Source: Lysobacteraceae bacterium
GTDB lineage: Bacteria > Pseudomonadota > Gammaproteobacteria > Xanthomonadales > Xanthomonadaceae
Assembly (NCBI GenBank): GCA_021299355.1
Contig: JAJTGG010000001.1
Span: 12,219 to 76,218 of the forward strand
Length of the DNA: 64,000 bases
Direction: 5' to 3'
In this document: positions 1-9,824 of the stretch, piece by piece
Numbering within the stretch: the stretch's first letter is position 1
How the letters are laid out: every line of letters starts with the position of its first letter
Program-made: the position numbers and the translations under genes
The notes under the pieces: generated by a model
The model's input: the letters and a program-made list of their open reading frames with translations, nothing else
The model's database searches: none
Told to the model about the DNA's origin: nothing

Positions 1-12
1 AGGACTTGTCTA

Positions 13-951
13 ATGAGCCGCGTACTGATCATCGCCGAACACCTCAACGGCCAACTCAACGGCGCCACCGCACGCTGCGTGTCCTGCGCCTCCGCCCTGC
101 ACGCCGACGCCATTGATGTACTGGTGCTGTCAGATGCCGGCCAAGCCGTGGCGGCGCAAGCCGCGAAAATTTCCGGTGTCAGCAAAGTGCTGGTGTCCGA
201 TAATGCCGCCAATGCCCATGCCATCGCGCAGGTGCTGGCTCCGCAGATCGCACAGGCCGCCGTCGGCTACAGCCATGTGTTCGGCCCGTCGACCACCTTC
301 GGTAAAGACCTGATGCCGTGTGTGGCCGCCCTGCTCGGCGTCGGTCAGATTTCCGATGTAATGAGCGTGGAGTCCAGTCACAGCTTCAAGCGCCCGATCT
401 ATGCCGGCAACGCCATCATTACCGTCAATGCCCCGGCCGACAAGCCGGTGGTCGCCACCGTGCGCACCGCGTCCTGGCCGGTGGCCGGCAATGACGGCAG
501 CGCACCGGTCGAAGCTCTTGCCCTTTCAGCCCCACTACCCACCCACAGCCGCTTTGTTTCCCTGCAGCAGGGCAAATCCGATCGCCCGGATTTACAGAGT
601 GCGACCAAGGTGGTTTCCGGAGGTCGCGCCTTGGGCTCGGCCGAAAACTTTGCCATCATATATTCTCTGGCCGATAAAATCGGTGCCGCCGTGGGTGCCT
701 CGCGTGCCGCGGTCGACGCCGGCTATGTGCCGAATGAACTGCAGGTTGGCCAGACCGGCAAGATCATTTCGCCCGAGCTGTACATCGCCATTGGCATTTC
801 CGGCGCCATCCAGCACCTGACCGGCATCAAAGACGCCGGTACCATCGTCGCTATCAACAAAGATGCTGAAGCGCCGATTTTCGAAGTGGCTGATTTCGGA
901 CTGGCGGGTGATCTGTTTCAGATTCTGCCAGAGCTGGAAAAAGCGTTGTAA
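13..951 (+). CDS. etfA: Electron transfer flavoprotein alpha subunit
   Basis: 312 aa with the FAD-binding C-terminal motifs [29 protein letters not shown] and AINKD. Confidence 0.97.
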   Translation: MSRVLIIAEHLNGQLNGATARCVSCASALHADAIDVLVLSDAGQAVAAQAAKISGVSKVLVSDNAANAHAIAQVLAPQIAQAAVGYSHVFGPSTTFGKDLMPCVAALLGVGQISDVMSVESSHSFKRPIYAGNAIITVNAPADKPVVATVRTASWPVAGNDGSAPVEALALSAPLPTHSRFVSLQQGKSDRPDLQSATKVVSGGRALGSAENFAIIYSLADKIGAAVGASRAAVDAGYVPNELQVGQTGKIISPELYIAIGISGAIQHLTGIKDAGTIVAINKDAEAPIFEVADFGLAGDLFQILPELEKAL

Positions 952-971
952 CCGGACGATGGATTTATACG

Positions 972-998
972 AAAAACCCCGCTGTCGCGGGGTTTTTT
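972..998. terminator. Bidirectional Rho-independent terminator
   Basis: AAAAACCCCGC-TGTC-GCGGGGTTTTTT between convergent etfA and scoB. Confidence 0.9.
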
Positions 999-1015
999 CT
1001 TCAGCGTGCTGCGAA

Positions 1016-1645
1016 TTACTGCAGCACGGGAACGCCGGTCTTGCTTTTGATTTCCTCGAGAGACACTTCCGGCGCCGACTCGACTAGCTTCAGCCCCACT
1101 TCGGTTACGTCAAACACACCCAACTCTGTGATGATGCGGTTGACTACGCCAAGGCCGGTCAGCGGCAAGGTGCATTCGGGCAGGATTTTCGGCGAGCCAT
1201 CTTTGGCGGCGTGCTCCATCAGCACCACCACGCGCTTGACGCCGGCCACCAGATCCATCGCGCCGCCCATGCCCTTGACCATCTTGCCGGGCACCATCCA
1301 GTTGGCCAGATCGCCCTTGTCGGTGACCTGCATGGCGCCGAGGATGGCGAGATCGATGTGACCTCCGCGGATCATCGCGAAGGAATCGTGGCTGCCGAAG
1401 TAACTGGCGCCGGCACGCGCGGTTACCGTCTGCTTGCCGGCATTGATCAGATCGGCATCCACCTCGTCTTCGGTCGGAAACGGACCGATGCCGAGCAGGC
1501 CGTTCTCGCTCTGCAGCCAAACATCCATGCCCTCGGGAATGTGGTTGGCCACCAAGGTCGGCAGGCCGATACCAAGGTTCACATAGGCACCGTCGCTCAG
1601 TTCGGCGGCGGCGCGTTTGGCCATGTCATCACGGGCCCAAGCCAT
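1016..1645 (-). CDS. scoB: 3-oxoacid CoA-transferase subunit B
   Basis: VNLGIGLPT, catalytic [14 protein letters not shown]. Confidence 0.93.
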   Translation of the reverse strand: MAWARDDMAKRAAAELSDGAYVNLGIGLPTLVANHIPEGMDVWLQSENGLLGIGPFPTEDEVDADLINAGKQTVTARAGASYFGSHDSFAMIRGGHIDLAILGAMQVTDKGDLANWMVPGKMVKGMGGAMDLVAGVKRVVVLMEHAAKDGSPKILPECTLPLTGLGVVNRIITELGVFDVTEVGLKLVESAPEVSLEEIKSKTGVPVLQ

Positions 1646-1655
1646 GTCATTCTCC

Positions 1656-2357
1656 TTATGTCGTACGCACGGTGCGTTGTTCGATGCGTTTTTCCGGATT
1701 TGCGTTGACTACGATGCGGTCAACGTAAATGCCCGGTGTGTGGATTGTGTCCGGATCGAGCGCGCCGACTTCCACCAGCTCCTCGACTTCCACAACACAG
1801 ATCTTTCCGGCCATCGCCACCGCCGGATTGAAATTTCGAGCGGTTTTGCGGTACACCAGATTGCCGGAAGCATCGGCCTTCCAGGCCTTCACAAGCGATA
1901 TATCGGCGTGCAGCGCGGTTTCCAGCACATAATGCTTGCCGTCGAATTCACGGGTTTCCTTGCCCTCGGCCACGATGGTGCCGTAACCGGTGCGGGTGAA
2001 AAAGGCCGGGATGCCGGCACCGCCGGCACGCAGGCGCTCCGCCAAGGTTCCCTGCGGATTGAATTCAAGCTCCAGTTCGCCGGCCAGATACTGCCGCTCG
2101 AATTCCTTGTTCTCGCCCACGTATGAGGACACCATCTTGCGGATCTGGCGGCTGGCTAGCAGCATGCCGAGTCCGAAGCCATCAACGCCGGCATTATTGG
2201 AGATGGCGGTCAGTCCGGTTTTTCCGGAATCGCGCAGCGCGGCGATTAAGGCCTCGGGAATGCCGCACAGGCCGAAACCGCCGACCGCCACGGTCTGGCC
2301 GTCCTGCACGATGCCACGCAGGGCATCATCGGCGCTGGCGTAGAGTTTGTTGTTCAT
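1656..2357 (-). CDS. scoA: 3-oxoacid CoA-transferase subunit A
   Basis: [26 protein letters not shown]. Confidence 0.93.
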   Translation of the reverse strand: MNNKLYASADDALRGIVQDGQTVAVGGFGLCGIPEALIAALRDSGKTGLTAISNNAGVDGFGLGMLLASRQIRKMVSSYVGENKEFERQYLAGELELEFNPQGTLAERLRAGGAGIPAFFTRTGYGTIVAEGKETREFDGKHYVLETALHADISLVKAWKADASGNLVYRKTARNFNPAVAMAGKICVVEVEELVEVGALDPDTIHTPGIYVDRIVVNANPEKRIEQRTVRTT

Positions 2358-2384
2358 GAAGAAATCCTCGCTATGACGCCAGTA

Positions 2385-3545
2385 TCAAGCCGAAAGCGCC
2401 TGCTGGATATCGGACCAAAGGTCCATGGCATCCTCGACGCCGACGCTGAGCCGGACCAGATTACCGGTGACGCCCAGGGCATTGCGACGATCTTCCGGAA
2501 TCGAGGCATGGGTCATCACTGCCGGGTGATTGGCCAGGCTTTCCACACCACCGAGCGATTCGGCGCAGGTGAACAGTTCCAGCCGTTCCATGAAACGCTT
2601 GGCTTCCGGGAAGCCACCCTTCAGCCAGACACTGACCATGCCGCCGAAGCCGTACATCTGCGTTTTGGCCAAGGCATGCTGCGGGTGCGAGGCCAAGCCC
2701 GGATAGGCGACTTTTTCCACCGCCGGATGCGCTTCCAGTTTTTCGGCGATGAATTGCGCGTTTTCGCAGTGGGCTTTCATGCGCAGGTGCAGGGTTTTCA
2801 GCCCACGCAGCGCCAGAAAGCTGTCGAACGGTCCCTGCACGCCGCCGATGGCGTTCTGCAGAAAAGTCATCTGCTCAGCCAGTGCGGCATCCTTCACCAC
2901 CACCATGCCGCCGACGATGTCGGAATGCCCGTTCAGGTATTTGGTGGCCGAATGCATGACGATGTCGGCACCGAGCTCCAGCGGTCGCTGCAGCACCGGC
3001 GAACTGAAGGTGTTATCGACCGCCAGCAGAAGGCCGTTGGCCTTGGCGAATTCAGCCAGACGGCGGATATCGACCAGTTTCAGCAAGGGGTTGGTCGGAG
3101 TTTCGCACCATATCATTTTGGTATTCGGCTGCAGTGCGGCTTTCACCGCGTCCAGATCATTCAGATCGACGAAACTGAACTCCAGCCCGGCGCTGCGACG
3201 ACGCACGCGTTCGAACAGACGGTAGGTGCCGCCATACACGTCGTCCATGCAGATCACGTGCGCGCCCGAATCAAGCAGTTCCAGCACGGTCGAGGTCGCG
3301 GCAAGACCGGAGGCGAAGGCATAGCCGTGGGTCCCGGATTCGAGCTCGGCCACGCAGCGCTCGTAGGCGAAGCGGGTCGGATTATGGCTGCGCGAGTATT
3401 CATAACCCTGATGATCGCCCGGGCTGGCCTGGGCGTAGGTTGATGTCGCATAAATCGGCACCATCACCGCACCCGTGGACGGGTCGGGGCTCTGGCCGGC
3501 ATGGATGGCTTTGGTGCCGATGCCGTGGGTTTTCTTGCTGCTCAT
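2385..3545 (-). CDS. metB: Cystathionine gamma-lyase/synthase (PLP-dependent)
   Basis: YEYSRSHNPTR, DNTF, HSATKYLNGHSD, ESLGGVESL; directly downstream of CBS. Confidence 0.92.
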   Translation of the reverse strand: MSSKKTHGIGTKAIHAGQSPDPSTGAVMVPIYATSTYAQASPGDHQGYEYSRSHNPTRFAYERCVAELESGTHGYAFASGLAATSTVLELLDSGAHVICMDDVYGGTYRLFERVRRRSAGLEFSFVDLNDLDAVKAALQPNTKMIWCETPTNPLLKLVDIRRLAEFAKANGLLLAVDNTFSSPVLQRPLELGADIVMHSATKYLNGHSDIVGGMVVVKDAALAEQMTFLQNAIGGVQGPFDSFLALRGLKTLHLRMKAHCENAQFIAEKLEAHPAVEKVAYPGLASHPQHALAKTQMYGFGGMVSVWLKGGFPEAKRFMERLELFTCAESLGGVESLANHPAVMTHASIPEDRRNALGVTGNLVRLSVGVEDAMDLWSDIQQALSA

Positions 3546-3554
3546 GGGATTCCT

Positions 3555-4925
3555 TTATTGCACGCGGCGGCGCAGGTAATTCAACAGATCGATGCGGGTA
3601 ATCAGGCCGAGGAAGCGGGTACCATCCATCACGATGGCGACCTTACCGGCATCGAACACCGGCATCAGTTCCGCCATCGGCGCATCGACCTCGAGCACTT
3701 CCAGCTCGCGCACCATCGCGGTCGACACCAGATCCTTGAAGCGCTCCTGGTCGGTGTGCACATGCATCAGCACATCCGATTCGTCAACGATGCCGACGAT
3801 CTTCTCGTCATTCATCACCGGCAGCTGGGAAACGTCGTACATCTTCATGCGCTGGTAAGCGACGGTCAGGCTGTCGTTCGGGCCGACCACCACCGTATCG
3901 CGCTTGGCGTAGGGTCGCAGGATCAGATCGGACAGATCGCCTTTGGCTTTGCGTTCGAGGAAGCCGTTGTCGAGCATCCAGTAATCGTTGTACATCTTCG
4001 ACAGGTATTTGTTGCCGGTATCGCACACGAACACCACAACCTTTTTGGGCACGGTCTGCTCGCGGCAGTATTTCAGCGCGGCCGCCAGCAAGGTGCCGGA
4101 AGATGAGCCACCGAGCACGCCCTCCTTCATCAGTAGTTCGCGGCCGGCCATGAAGCTTTCCTTATCGGAAATCGCATAGGCTTTCTTGACCCGGTGAAAA
4201 TCGGAAATGAGTGGCAGGAAATCTTCGCCGATGCCTTCCACCAGCCAGCTGCCCGACTTGGTACTGAGCACGCCTTCATTGATGTACTGGGTAAGAATGG
4301 AACCGACCGGATCGGCCAGTACCAGTTCGACATGGGGCGCGGCGGTTTCGAAGAAGCGCGACAGACCGGTCATGGTGCCGGAACTGCCGCAACCGAACAC
4401 GATGGCATCCATGTCTTGATTCATCTGCTCCCAGATTTCCGGGCCGGTGCCGGTTTCATGTGCCAGCGGGTTATCGGGATTGCCGAATTGATTGATGAAA
4501 TACGCGCCGGGCGTTTCACGCGCGATGCGCTCGGCCATGTCCTGGTAGTACTCAGGGTGGCCTTTGGCGACATCGGAGCGGGTCAGCACCACTTCCGCGC
4601 CCATGGCACGCAGGTTGAAGATCTTCTCACGGCTCATTTTGTCGGGCACTACCAGCAGCAGCTTATAGCCTTTCTGCTGGGCGACCAGCGCCAGTCCGAT
4701 ACCGGTATTGCCGGCAGTACCCTCGACCAGGGTGTCGCCCGGCCGAATTTTCCCGGCACGCTCGGCCGCTTCGATCATCGACACGCCGATGCGGTCCTTG
4801 ATCGAGCCGCCCGGATTCATGCATTCGAGTTTGAGGTAGAGCTCGCACAGGCCAGCGTCGAGATGTTGGGCTTTGACCATGGGGGTCTGCCCGATCAGTT
4901 CCAGAACACTGTGATGGATGGTCAT
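3555..4925 (-). CDS. Cystathionine beta-synthase with C-terminal CBS (Bateman) pair
   Basis: KLECMNPGGSIKDR, EGTAGNTG and GSSGT; C-terminal CBS domains (VSQLPV...GLITRIDLL); start set at MTIHH. Confidence 0.92.
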   Translation of the reverse strand: MTIHHSVLELIGQTPMVKAQHLDAGLCELYLKLECMNPGGSIKDRIGVSMIEAAERAGKIRPGDTLVEGTAGNTGIGLALVAQQKGYKLLLVVPDKMSREKIFNLRAMGAEVVLTRSDVAKGHPEYYQDMAERIARETPGAYFINQFGNPDNPLAHETGTGPEIWEQMNQDMDAIVFGCGSSGTMTGLSRFFETAAPHVELVLADPVGSILTQYINEGVLSTKSGSWLVEGIGEDFLPLISDFHRVKKAYAISDKESFMAGRELLMKEGVLGGSSSGTLLAAALKYCREQTVPKKVVVFVCDTGNKYLSKMYNDYWMLDNGFLERKAKGDLSDLILRPYAKRDTVVVGPNDSLTVAYQRMKMYDVSQLPVMNDEKIVGIVDESDVLMHVHTDQERFKDLVSTAMVRELEVLEVDAPMAELMPVFDAGKVAIVMDGTRFLGLITRIDLLNYLRRRVQ

Positions 4926-5042
4926 GGGATTGGCAGAAAATGGCGACAGCACATTCTACCAGTTTCACCCCCTGCGAAGGCCGGGTGACGGCGGTCCGAC
5001 GAGGAGGACCGGATCGCCACCCTGGCCTGTTTCAGTCCCCGC

Positions 5043-5261
5043 TCAACGACTGCCGTCGCCGAGCATGCGGGTTAGACGGTCCTTGGCCAGCAACTTTTCC
5101 CGCTTCATGCGGGTCAGCGTCCGGTCGTCGATCGGCAATACGCCGAGCTCGGCATCGTTGACTTTTTTGTCCAGCTTCTGATGGTGGAAATACAGCCGGC
5201 GGAAATCACTGTCCGCCTGCATGCGTGAATCGACCGACTGTTTTGATTGACCTTCAAACAC
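5043..5261 (-). CDS. YdcH/DUF465 family small protein
   Basis: GTG start after a G-rich SD; 72 aa helical hairpin F..L...H..LD.....L..MKREKL..KD. Confidence 0.8.
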   Translation of the reverse strand: MFEGQSKQSVDSRMQADSDFRRLYFHHQKLDKKVNDAELGVLPIDDRTLTRMKREKLLAKDRLTRMLGDGSR

Positions 5262-5276
5262 AGGAACCCCCTTGGC

Positions 5277-5306
5277 AAAAATAAAACCCCGGCAAGGCCG
5301 GGGTTT
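5277..5306 (-). terminator. Intrinsic terminator in the 5' leader of ydcH-cbs-cgl
   Basis: Minus strand reads AAACCCCGGC-CTT-GCCGGGGTTT-TATTTTT, about 15 nt before the ydcH start. Confidence 0.75.
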
Positions 5307-5455
5307 CATGGGTTGTGCGCGCGTTCATGACGTCGAATCCGCGGCCCGCTTCCGGCCGGAATTCCTGTGCTGCATCGGGACGAGGTGATGTGGCGTCGTG
5401 CATGATCGTGGCTCGCTTTCGCCATGCAACGGAAAATAGCCTGCATGGGATATAA

Positions 5456-5484
5456 AACCTACGCCGGTCTTTTTCGGGCCGCAA
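5456..5484 (-). promoter_or_regulatory. Putative sigma70 promoter
   Basis: Minus strand TTGCGG-N17-TAGGTT. Confidence 0.5.
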
Positions 5485-5626
5485 GCCCTTTTTTATGTCG
5501 TTGATTTCGCGATATTTTCAAAATGGCCTCGGACCGGAATCGTAAAATCGAAGTTTTATTATTATTTTTCATGGACTTATAGGTTTATGACGCGTGGCTA
5601 AAAATCACAAGCTGCTGATTTTCCGC

Positions 5627-6538
5627 TTATTTCTGGATGATCTCGACACGCCGATTCTGCGCACGCCCTGATTTTCCAGTGTTTGTAGCCAAAGGCTTGG
5701 CAGAACCCCAGCCTTTGGCGCTGAGTTTGCCGGCAGGCACACCGGCGGCCCGAAGCACCGCCATTACCGCCTCGGCGCGTTGGCGTGACAGGGCCAGATT
5801 GGACTCGTCGCTACCCAGATTATCGCTGAAGCCCTCCACGGACCAAGCTTTGCCAGAGGCCTTCAGGCGCTTGCCCAGCTGGCTGAGGCTTTGCCGGGCT
5901 TCCGGCTGCAGGGTGGCTTTGCCGGCCAGGAACGCGGTACCCGCGACACGGTAACGGCCCTTGCCCGACCCGCCCAGACTGACCAAATCGTCGCCACGGG
6001 CATTGGCCAAGGCCGCCAGTTCCTCTTCCAAACGCGCCAGTTCGCCATCTTTGGCGGCCAAAGCGGCACCGGCCGAGGCCGATTCTTCAGCCACCAGGGC
6101 GGCGTCCACATTCAACAAGGCCTCTTCTTCTTCGCGGGCCAGCGCCTGCAGACGCAGGCGCTCGGCTTCCTTGCGCGCCAATTCGGCATCGCGTCGGCTG
6201 GCTTCGAGCACGATTGCGTCGCGCTCTCGGTCGAGTTCGAGCGATTGCTGGCGCAGTTGCGCCACCTTCAATGCGGTTTCAGCCGTACTGACCCGGAGTG
6301 CGGCAATGCCGGTGGCGAAGGCCCGGTCACGGGAACGCAGCTCCGGCAAGGCCTGCAAAGCCTGACGGGCCTGCAGACGCTCCAGCGCCGCGGCATCGCC
6401 CTCACCGGCGGCGGCATCCACAATGGCCAGACGCTCCTGCAGAAGCGGCCATTGCTGCTGCGGATCTGCAGAGGGTGTCTGTGCCGGCGCGGGCGTGCAG
6501 GCCAGCAGAAGCAACAGTAACGGCAGACGAGGGCTCAT
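5627..6538 (-). CDS. OmpA-family peptidoglycan-binding protein with coiled-coil N-terminus
   Basis: Signal peptide MSPRLPLLLLLLAC; OmpA-C motifs EGFSDNLG..N..LS..RA..V and NRRVEI. Confidence 0.85.
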   Translation of the reverse strand: MSPRLPLLLLLLACTPAPAQTPSADPQQQWPLLQERLAIVDAAAGEGDAAALERLQARQALQALPELRSRDRAFATGIAALRVSTAETALKVAQLRQQSLELDRERDAIVLEASRRDAELARKEAERLRLQALAREEEEALLNVDAALVAEESASAGAALAAKDGELARLEEELAALANARGDDLVSLGGSGKGRYRVAGTAFLAGKATLQPEARQSLSQLGKRLKASGKAWSVEGFSDNLGSDESNLALSRQRAEAVMAVLRAAGVPAGKLSAKGWGSAKPLATNTGKSGRAQNRRVEIIQK

Positions 6539-6927
6539 GGCGGGTCGCCGCTTTTGCCCAGCAGCAAATTCCGCCGCAGGGCATTGTTTTCGGAAATCTT
6601 GCGTTCGATCTGCTCGGTCAGCTTGCGCTGCCGGGCCTGCGCGGTGGCCAGGGCCGCTTGTGCTTCCGCAGTCTGTGCGGCGCGGTCGGCATCGATCTTC
6701 TTGCGTTTGAGCTGCAGGACCTGCGCCTGGGCATAGGCATCGCGCGCGGCCTGGTAAGTCTCTGCTGCCCATTGTGTGGCCTGTTCGCGCTCGGCCTCGA
6801 GCAATGCACGTTCGGCCGCGGCAAACGCCGGCGTGGCTGCCGAGGTCTGGGCAAAGACAGGCGTCATCGCCAGAAAAAAAGCGATGGCCGACAAGTACAC
6901 AAACAGCTTGGACACTCTATAATCCAT
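6535..6927 (-). CDS. DUF4398-like exported helical protein
   Basis: Signal peptide and Ala-rich helices; ATGA overlap with the OmpA gene; start uncertain. Confidence 0.65.
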   Translation of the reverse strand: MDYRVSKLFVYLSAIAFFLAMTPVFAQTSAATPAFAAAERALLEAEREQATQWAAETYQAARDAYAQAQVLQLKRKKIDADRAAQTAEAQAALATAQARQRKLTEQIERKISENNALRRNLLLGKSGDPP

Positions 6928-7000
6928 TGAAAGAGGGTATCTGGAACCGCGTTCCAGTGTACACAATAACGGCTCCAGCAAAAACCGGACAAGGGGACTT

Positions 7001-8107
7001 ATGGATATCGGCTATTTCCTGAAACTGATGCGCGAGAAAAACGCGTCTGACCTTTTCCTGAGTACCGGGGCCCCCGTCTACATCAAGGTCGAGGGCAAAC
7101 TTTACCCGCTTGGCGACAACGATCTGCCGACCGGTATGGTCAAGAAGATTGCCTATTCGCTGATGGATGAAAACCAGATCGAGGTGTTCGAGCACCAGTT
7201 GGAATACAACATGGCCATCTCCATCCACGAAGTCGGCCGCTTCCGGGTCAACTGCTTTAAGCAGCGCGGTGAGATCGCCATGGTCATCCGTGCCATCAAG
7301 AGCGAAATCCCCACCATCGAAGAACTGAAGCTGCCAGAGATCCTCAAGCGCATCATCAACGAGCCGCGCGGTCTGGTGCTGGTGGTCGGCTCCACCGGTT
7401 CAGGCAAATCCACGGCGTTGGCGGCGATGATCGATCACCGCAACGAAACCCAGGCAGGTCACATCCTGACCATAGAAGACCCGATCGAATTCCTGCACCG
7501 GCACAAGAAATCGCTGGTCAACCAGCGCGAAGTCGGCTTCGACACCCACGCCTTCCACAACGCACTGAAGAATGCTATGCGCGAGGCGCCGGACGTCATC
7601 CTGATCGGCGAAATCCTGGACGCCTCTACCATGGAAGCGGCCATCACCTTCGCCGAGACCGGTCATCTGTGTCTGGCTACTCTGCACTCCAACAATGCCG
7701 ACCAGACCCTCGAACGCATCTTGAACTTCTTCCCGGAAGCCACGCACAAGAACATCCTGATGAATCTTGCGCTGAATCTGCGTGCGGTGATTTCGCTGCG
7801 TCTGGTGGTCGGTGTCGATGGCCGCCGCATGCCGGCTACGGAAGTGCTGATCAACACCCCGATGATCCGCGACCTGATCCGGCGCGGACAAATCCACCAA
7901 CTCAAGGAAGCGATGGATACCAGTCTGGATGAAGACATCCACACTTTCGACCAGTCCCTGTTCCGCATGTACAAGGACGGCAAGATTACCCTCGACGAAG
8001 CCCTGCTCAAAGCCGACTCACGCGATGGACTGGCGCTCAAAATCCGCTTGTCGGAGGGTGGTAGCACCGAACACGACCCCTACGGCGATCTGTACAACAA
8101 CCAGTAA
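7001..8107 (+). CDS. PilT/PilU-family retraction ATPase (PilU-like)
   Basis: Walker A GSTGSGKST, TIEDPIE, AMREAPDVILIGE, ETGHLCLATLH. Confidence 0.92.
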   Translation: MDIGYFLKLMREKNASDLFLSTGAPVYIKVEGKLYPLGDNDLPTGMVKKIAYSLMDENQIEVFEHQLEYNMAISIHEVGRFRVNCFKQRGEIAMVIRAIKSEIPTIEELKLPEILKRIINEPRGLVLVVGSTGSGKSTALAAMIDHRNETQAGHILTIEDPIEFLHRHKKSLVNQREVGFDTHAFHNALKNAMREAPDVILIGEILDASTMEAAITFAETGHLCLATLHSNNADQTLERILNFFPEATHKNILMNLALNLRAVISLRLVVGVDGRRMPATEVLINTPMIRDLIRRGQIHQLKEAMDTSLDEDIHTFDQSLFRMYKDGKITLDEALLKADSRDGLALKIRLSEGGSTEHDPYGDLYNNQ

Positions 8108-8111
8108 CAAC

Positions 8112-8135
8112 AAAGACCGCGCAAGCGGGCTTTTT
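8112..8135. terminator. Putative terminator between convergent genes
   Basis: AAAGACCGC-GCAA-GCGGGCTTTTT. Confidence 0.55.
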
Positions 8136-8141
8136 CCGGCA

Positions 8142-8819
8142 TCAATTGACGCGGAATTCCGCGGGCGTATCCGGTTGCCGCCCGGGATGCGCACGGGCGA
8201 AGGCTGGCAAGGGTTGACATTGGCCGACGATGCGCATCACGTTTGGATACGGCGTCATGTCGAGATTGAAGCGCGCAGCCGCGAACACATGCGGTACCAA
8301 GCAGCATTCGGCTAAGCCGGGCGTATCACCGGCAGTGAACGCACCGGCATGCGGATTGGCCGCCAATTGCTGTTCAATATTGCCGAAATTGACCGCCAGC
8401 CAATGCCGGACCCAGGCGTTGCGGGCGTCTTCGTCCAGGCCGTGGGTGTGCTGCAGGTGCTGCAACACGCGCAGATTCATCAGCGGCTGGCCTTCCGAGG
8501 CGATGTACAGTGCCAGGCCGCGCACAAAGGCGCGCGCCAGCGGTTCGGCTGGCAGCAGGCCTGGGCCGGGAAACACCTCGTCGAGGTATTCGATGATGGC
8601 TAGCGATTGGCCGATGGCATGACCACCGTGCATCAGAGTCGGTACCAATTGCTGGGGATTGAGCACCCGGTAGGCCTCGTGATGCTGCTGGCCGCCGTCT
8701 TCCAGCAGATGCACTGGCACGATGCGGTAATCCAGTCCTTTCAGATTCAGCGCGATGCGGGCACGGTAACTGGCGCTGGAGCGCCAGTAGTGATAAAGCA
8801 CCAGATTGGGTTCGGCCAT
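8142..8819 (-). CDS. maiA: Maleylacetoacetate isomerase (GST zeta)
   Basis: YWRSSASYRARIALNLKG, LVPTL, QSLAIIEYL; last gene of the hmg operon. Confidence 0.93.
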   Translation of the reverse strand: MAEPNLVLYHYWRSSASYRARIALNLKGLDYRIVPVHLLEDGGQQHHEAYRVLNPQQLVPTLMHGGHAIGQSLAIIEYLDEVFPGPGLLPAEPLARAFVRGLALYIASEGQPLMNLRVLQHLQHTHGLDEDARNAWVRHWLAVNFGNIEQQLAANPHAGAFTAGDTPGLAECCLVPHVFAAARFNLDMTPYPNVMRIVGQCQPLPAFARAHPGRQPDTPAEFRVN

Positions 8820-8822
8820 GGT

Positions 8823-9824
8823 TCAGGCTCCGGCGGCGGTGATTTTCTGTTCGATGGCGCCGAACACACTGGCGCCGCTGCGGTCATTCATCTCGATGCG
8901 CACGACATCGCCGAATTTCATGAACGGCGTGCTCGGTTTGCCGTCGCGCAGGGTTTCCACGGTGCGGCGTTCGGCGAAACAGGACGCGCCGAGCGCGGTG
9001 TCTTCATTGGCCACGGTGCCTGAACCGATGATGGTGCCGGCTGACAGCGGCCGGGTCTTGGCGGCATGCGCGATCAGCTGGGCGAAGTTGAACTGCATAT
9101 CAACGCCCGCTTCCGGCGCGCCGAACCATTCGCCGTTGATGTGGGTCAGCAGGGCCAGATGCACTTTGCTGTCCTGCCAGGCGTCGGCCAGTTCGTCGGG
9201 GGTGACGAACACCGGGCTGAGCGCCGAGCGCGGTTTCGACTGCAGGAAGCCGAAGCCTTTTGCCAGCTCGTCGGGAATCAGGTTGCGCAGTGACACGTCG
9301 TTGATCAAACCGATCAGCTGGATGTGGCTGGCGGCCTGTTCGGGCGTGACCGCCATCGGAACATCGTCAGTGACCACCACCACTTCCGCTTCCAGATCGA
9401 TGCCGAAGGCTTCGCTGGGCACCAGCACCGGATCGCGCGGGCCGTAAAAACCGGCCGACACCGCCTGGTACATCAGCGGATCGGTGTAGAAACTTTCCGG
9501 CACTTCCGCGCCGCGGGCCTTGCGTACGCGCGCCACGTGCGGCAGATAGGCACTGCCATCAACGAACTCATAGGCGCGCGGCAGGGGCGCGGCCAAGGCG
9601 GCCATGTCGAGCGTAATCACGTCTTCAGCGTCAATCGTCTGCACATTGCCGTGGTTTAGCGCTTCATACATGCGGTTTAGACGCGGCGCGGCGTTCTGCC
9701 AGTCTTCCAGCGCGCGTTGCAGGGTCGGCGCAATGGCCGGCACCGGCACGGCGCGTTGCAGGTCTTTGGAGACCACCACCAGCGTGCCGTCGCGGCCGCC
9801 TTGTTTCAGGGAAGCGAGTTTCAT
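8823..9824 (-). CDS. Fumarylacetoacetate hydrolase family protein
   Basis: Start [13 protein letters not shown] with ATGA overlap to hmgA; IDLEAE, NDVSLRN, GFLQSKP, GSGTV. Confidence 0.9.
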   Translation of the reverse strand: MKLASLKQGGRDGTLVVVSKDLQRAVPVPAIAPTLQRALEDWQNAAPRLNRMYEALNHGNVQTIDAEDVITLDMAALAAPLPRAYEFVDGSAYLPHVARVRKARGAEVPESFYTDPLMYQAVSAGFYGPRDPVLVPSEAFGIDLEAEVVVVTDDVPMAVTPEQAASHIQLIGLINDVSLRNLIPDELAKGFGFLQSKPRSALSPVFVTPDELADAWQDSKVHLALLTHINGEWFGAPEAGVDMQFNFAQLIAHAAKTRPLSAGTIIGSGTVANEDTALGASCFAERRTVETLRDGKPSTPFMKFGDVVRIEMNDRSGASVFGAIEQKITAAGA

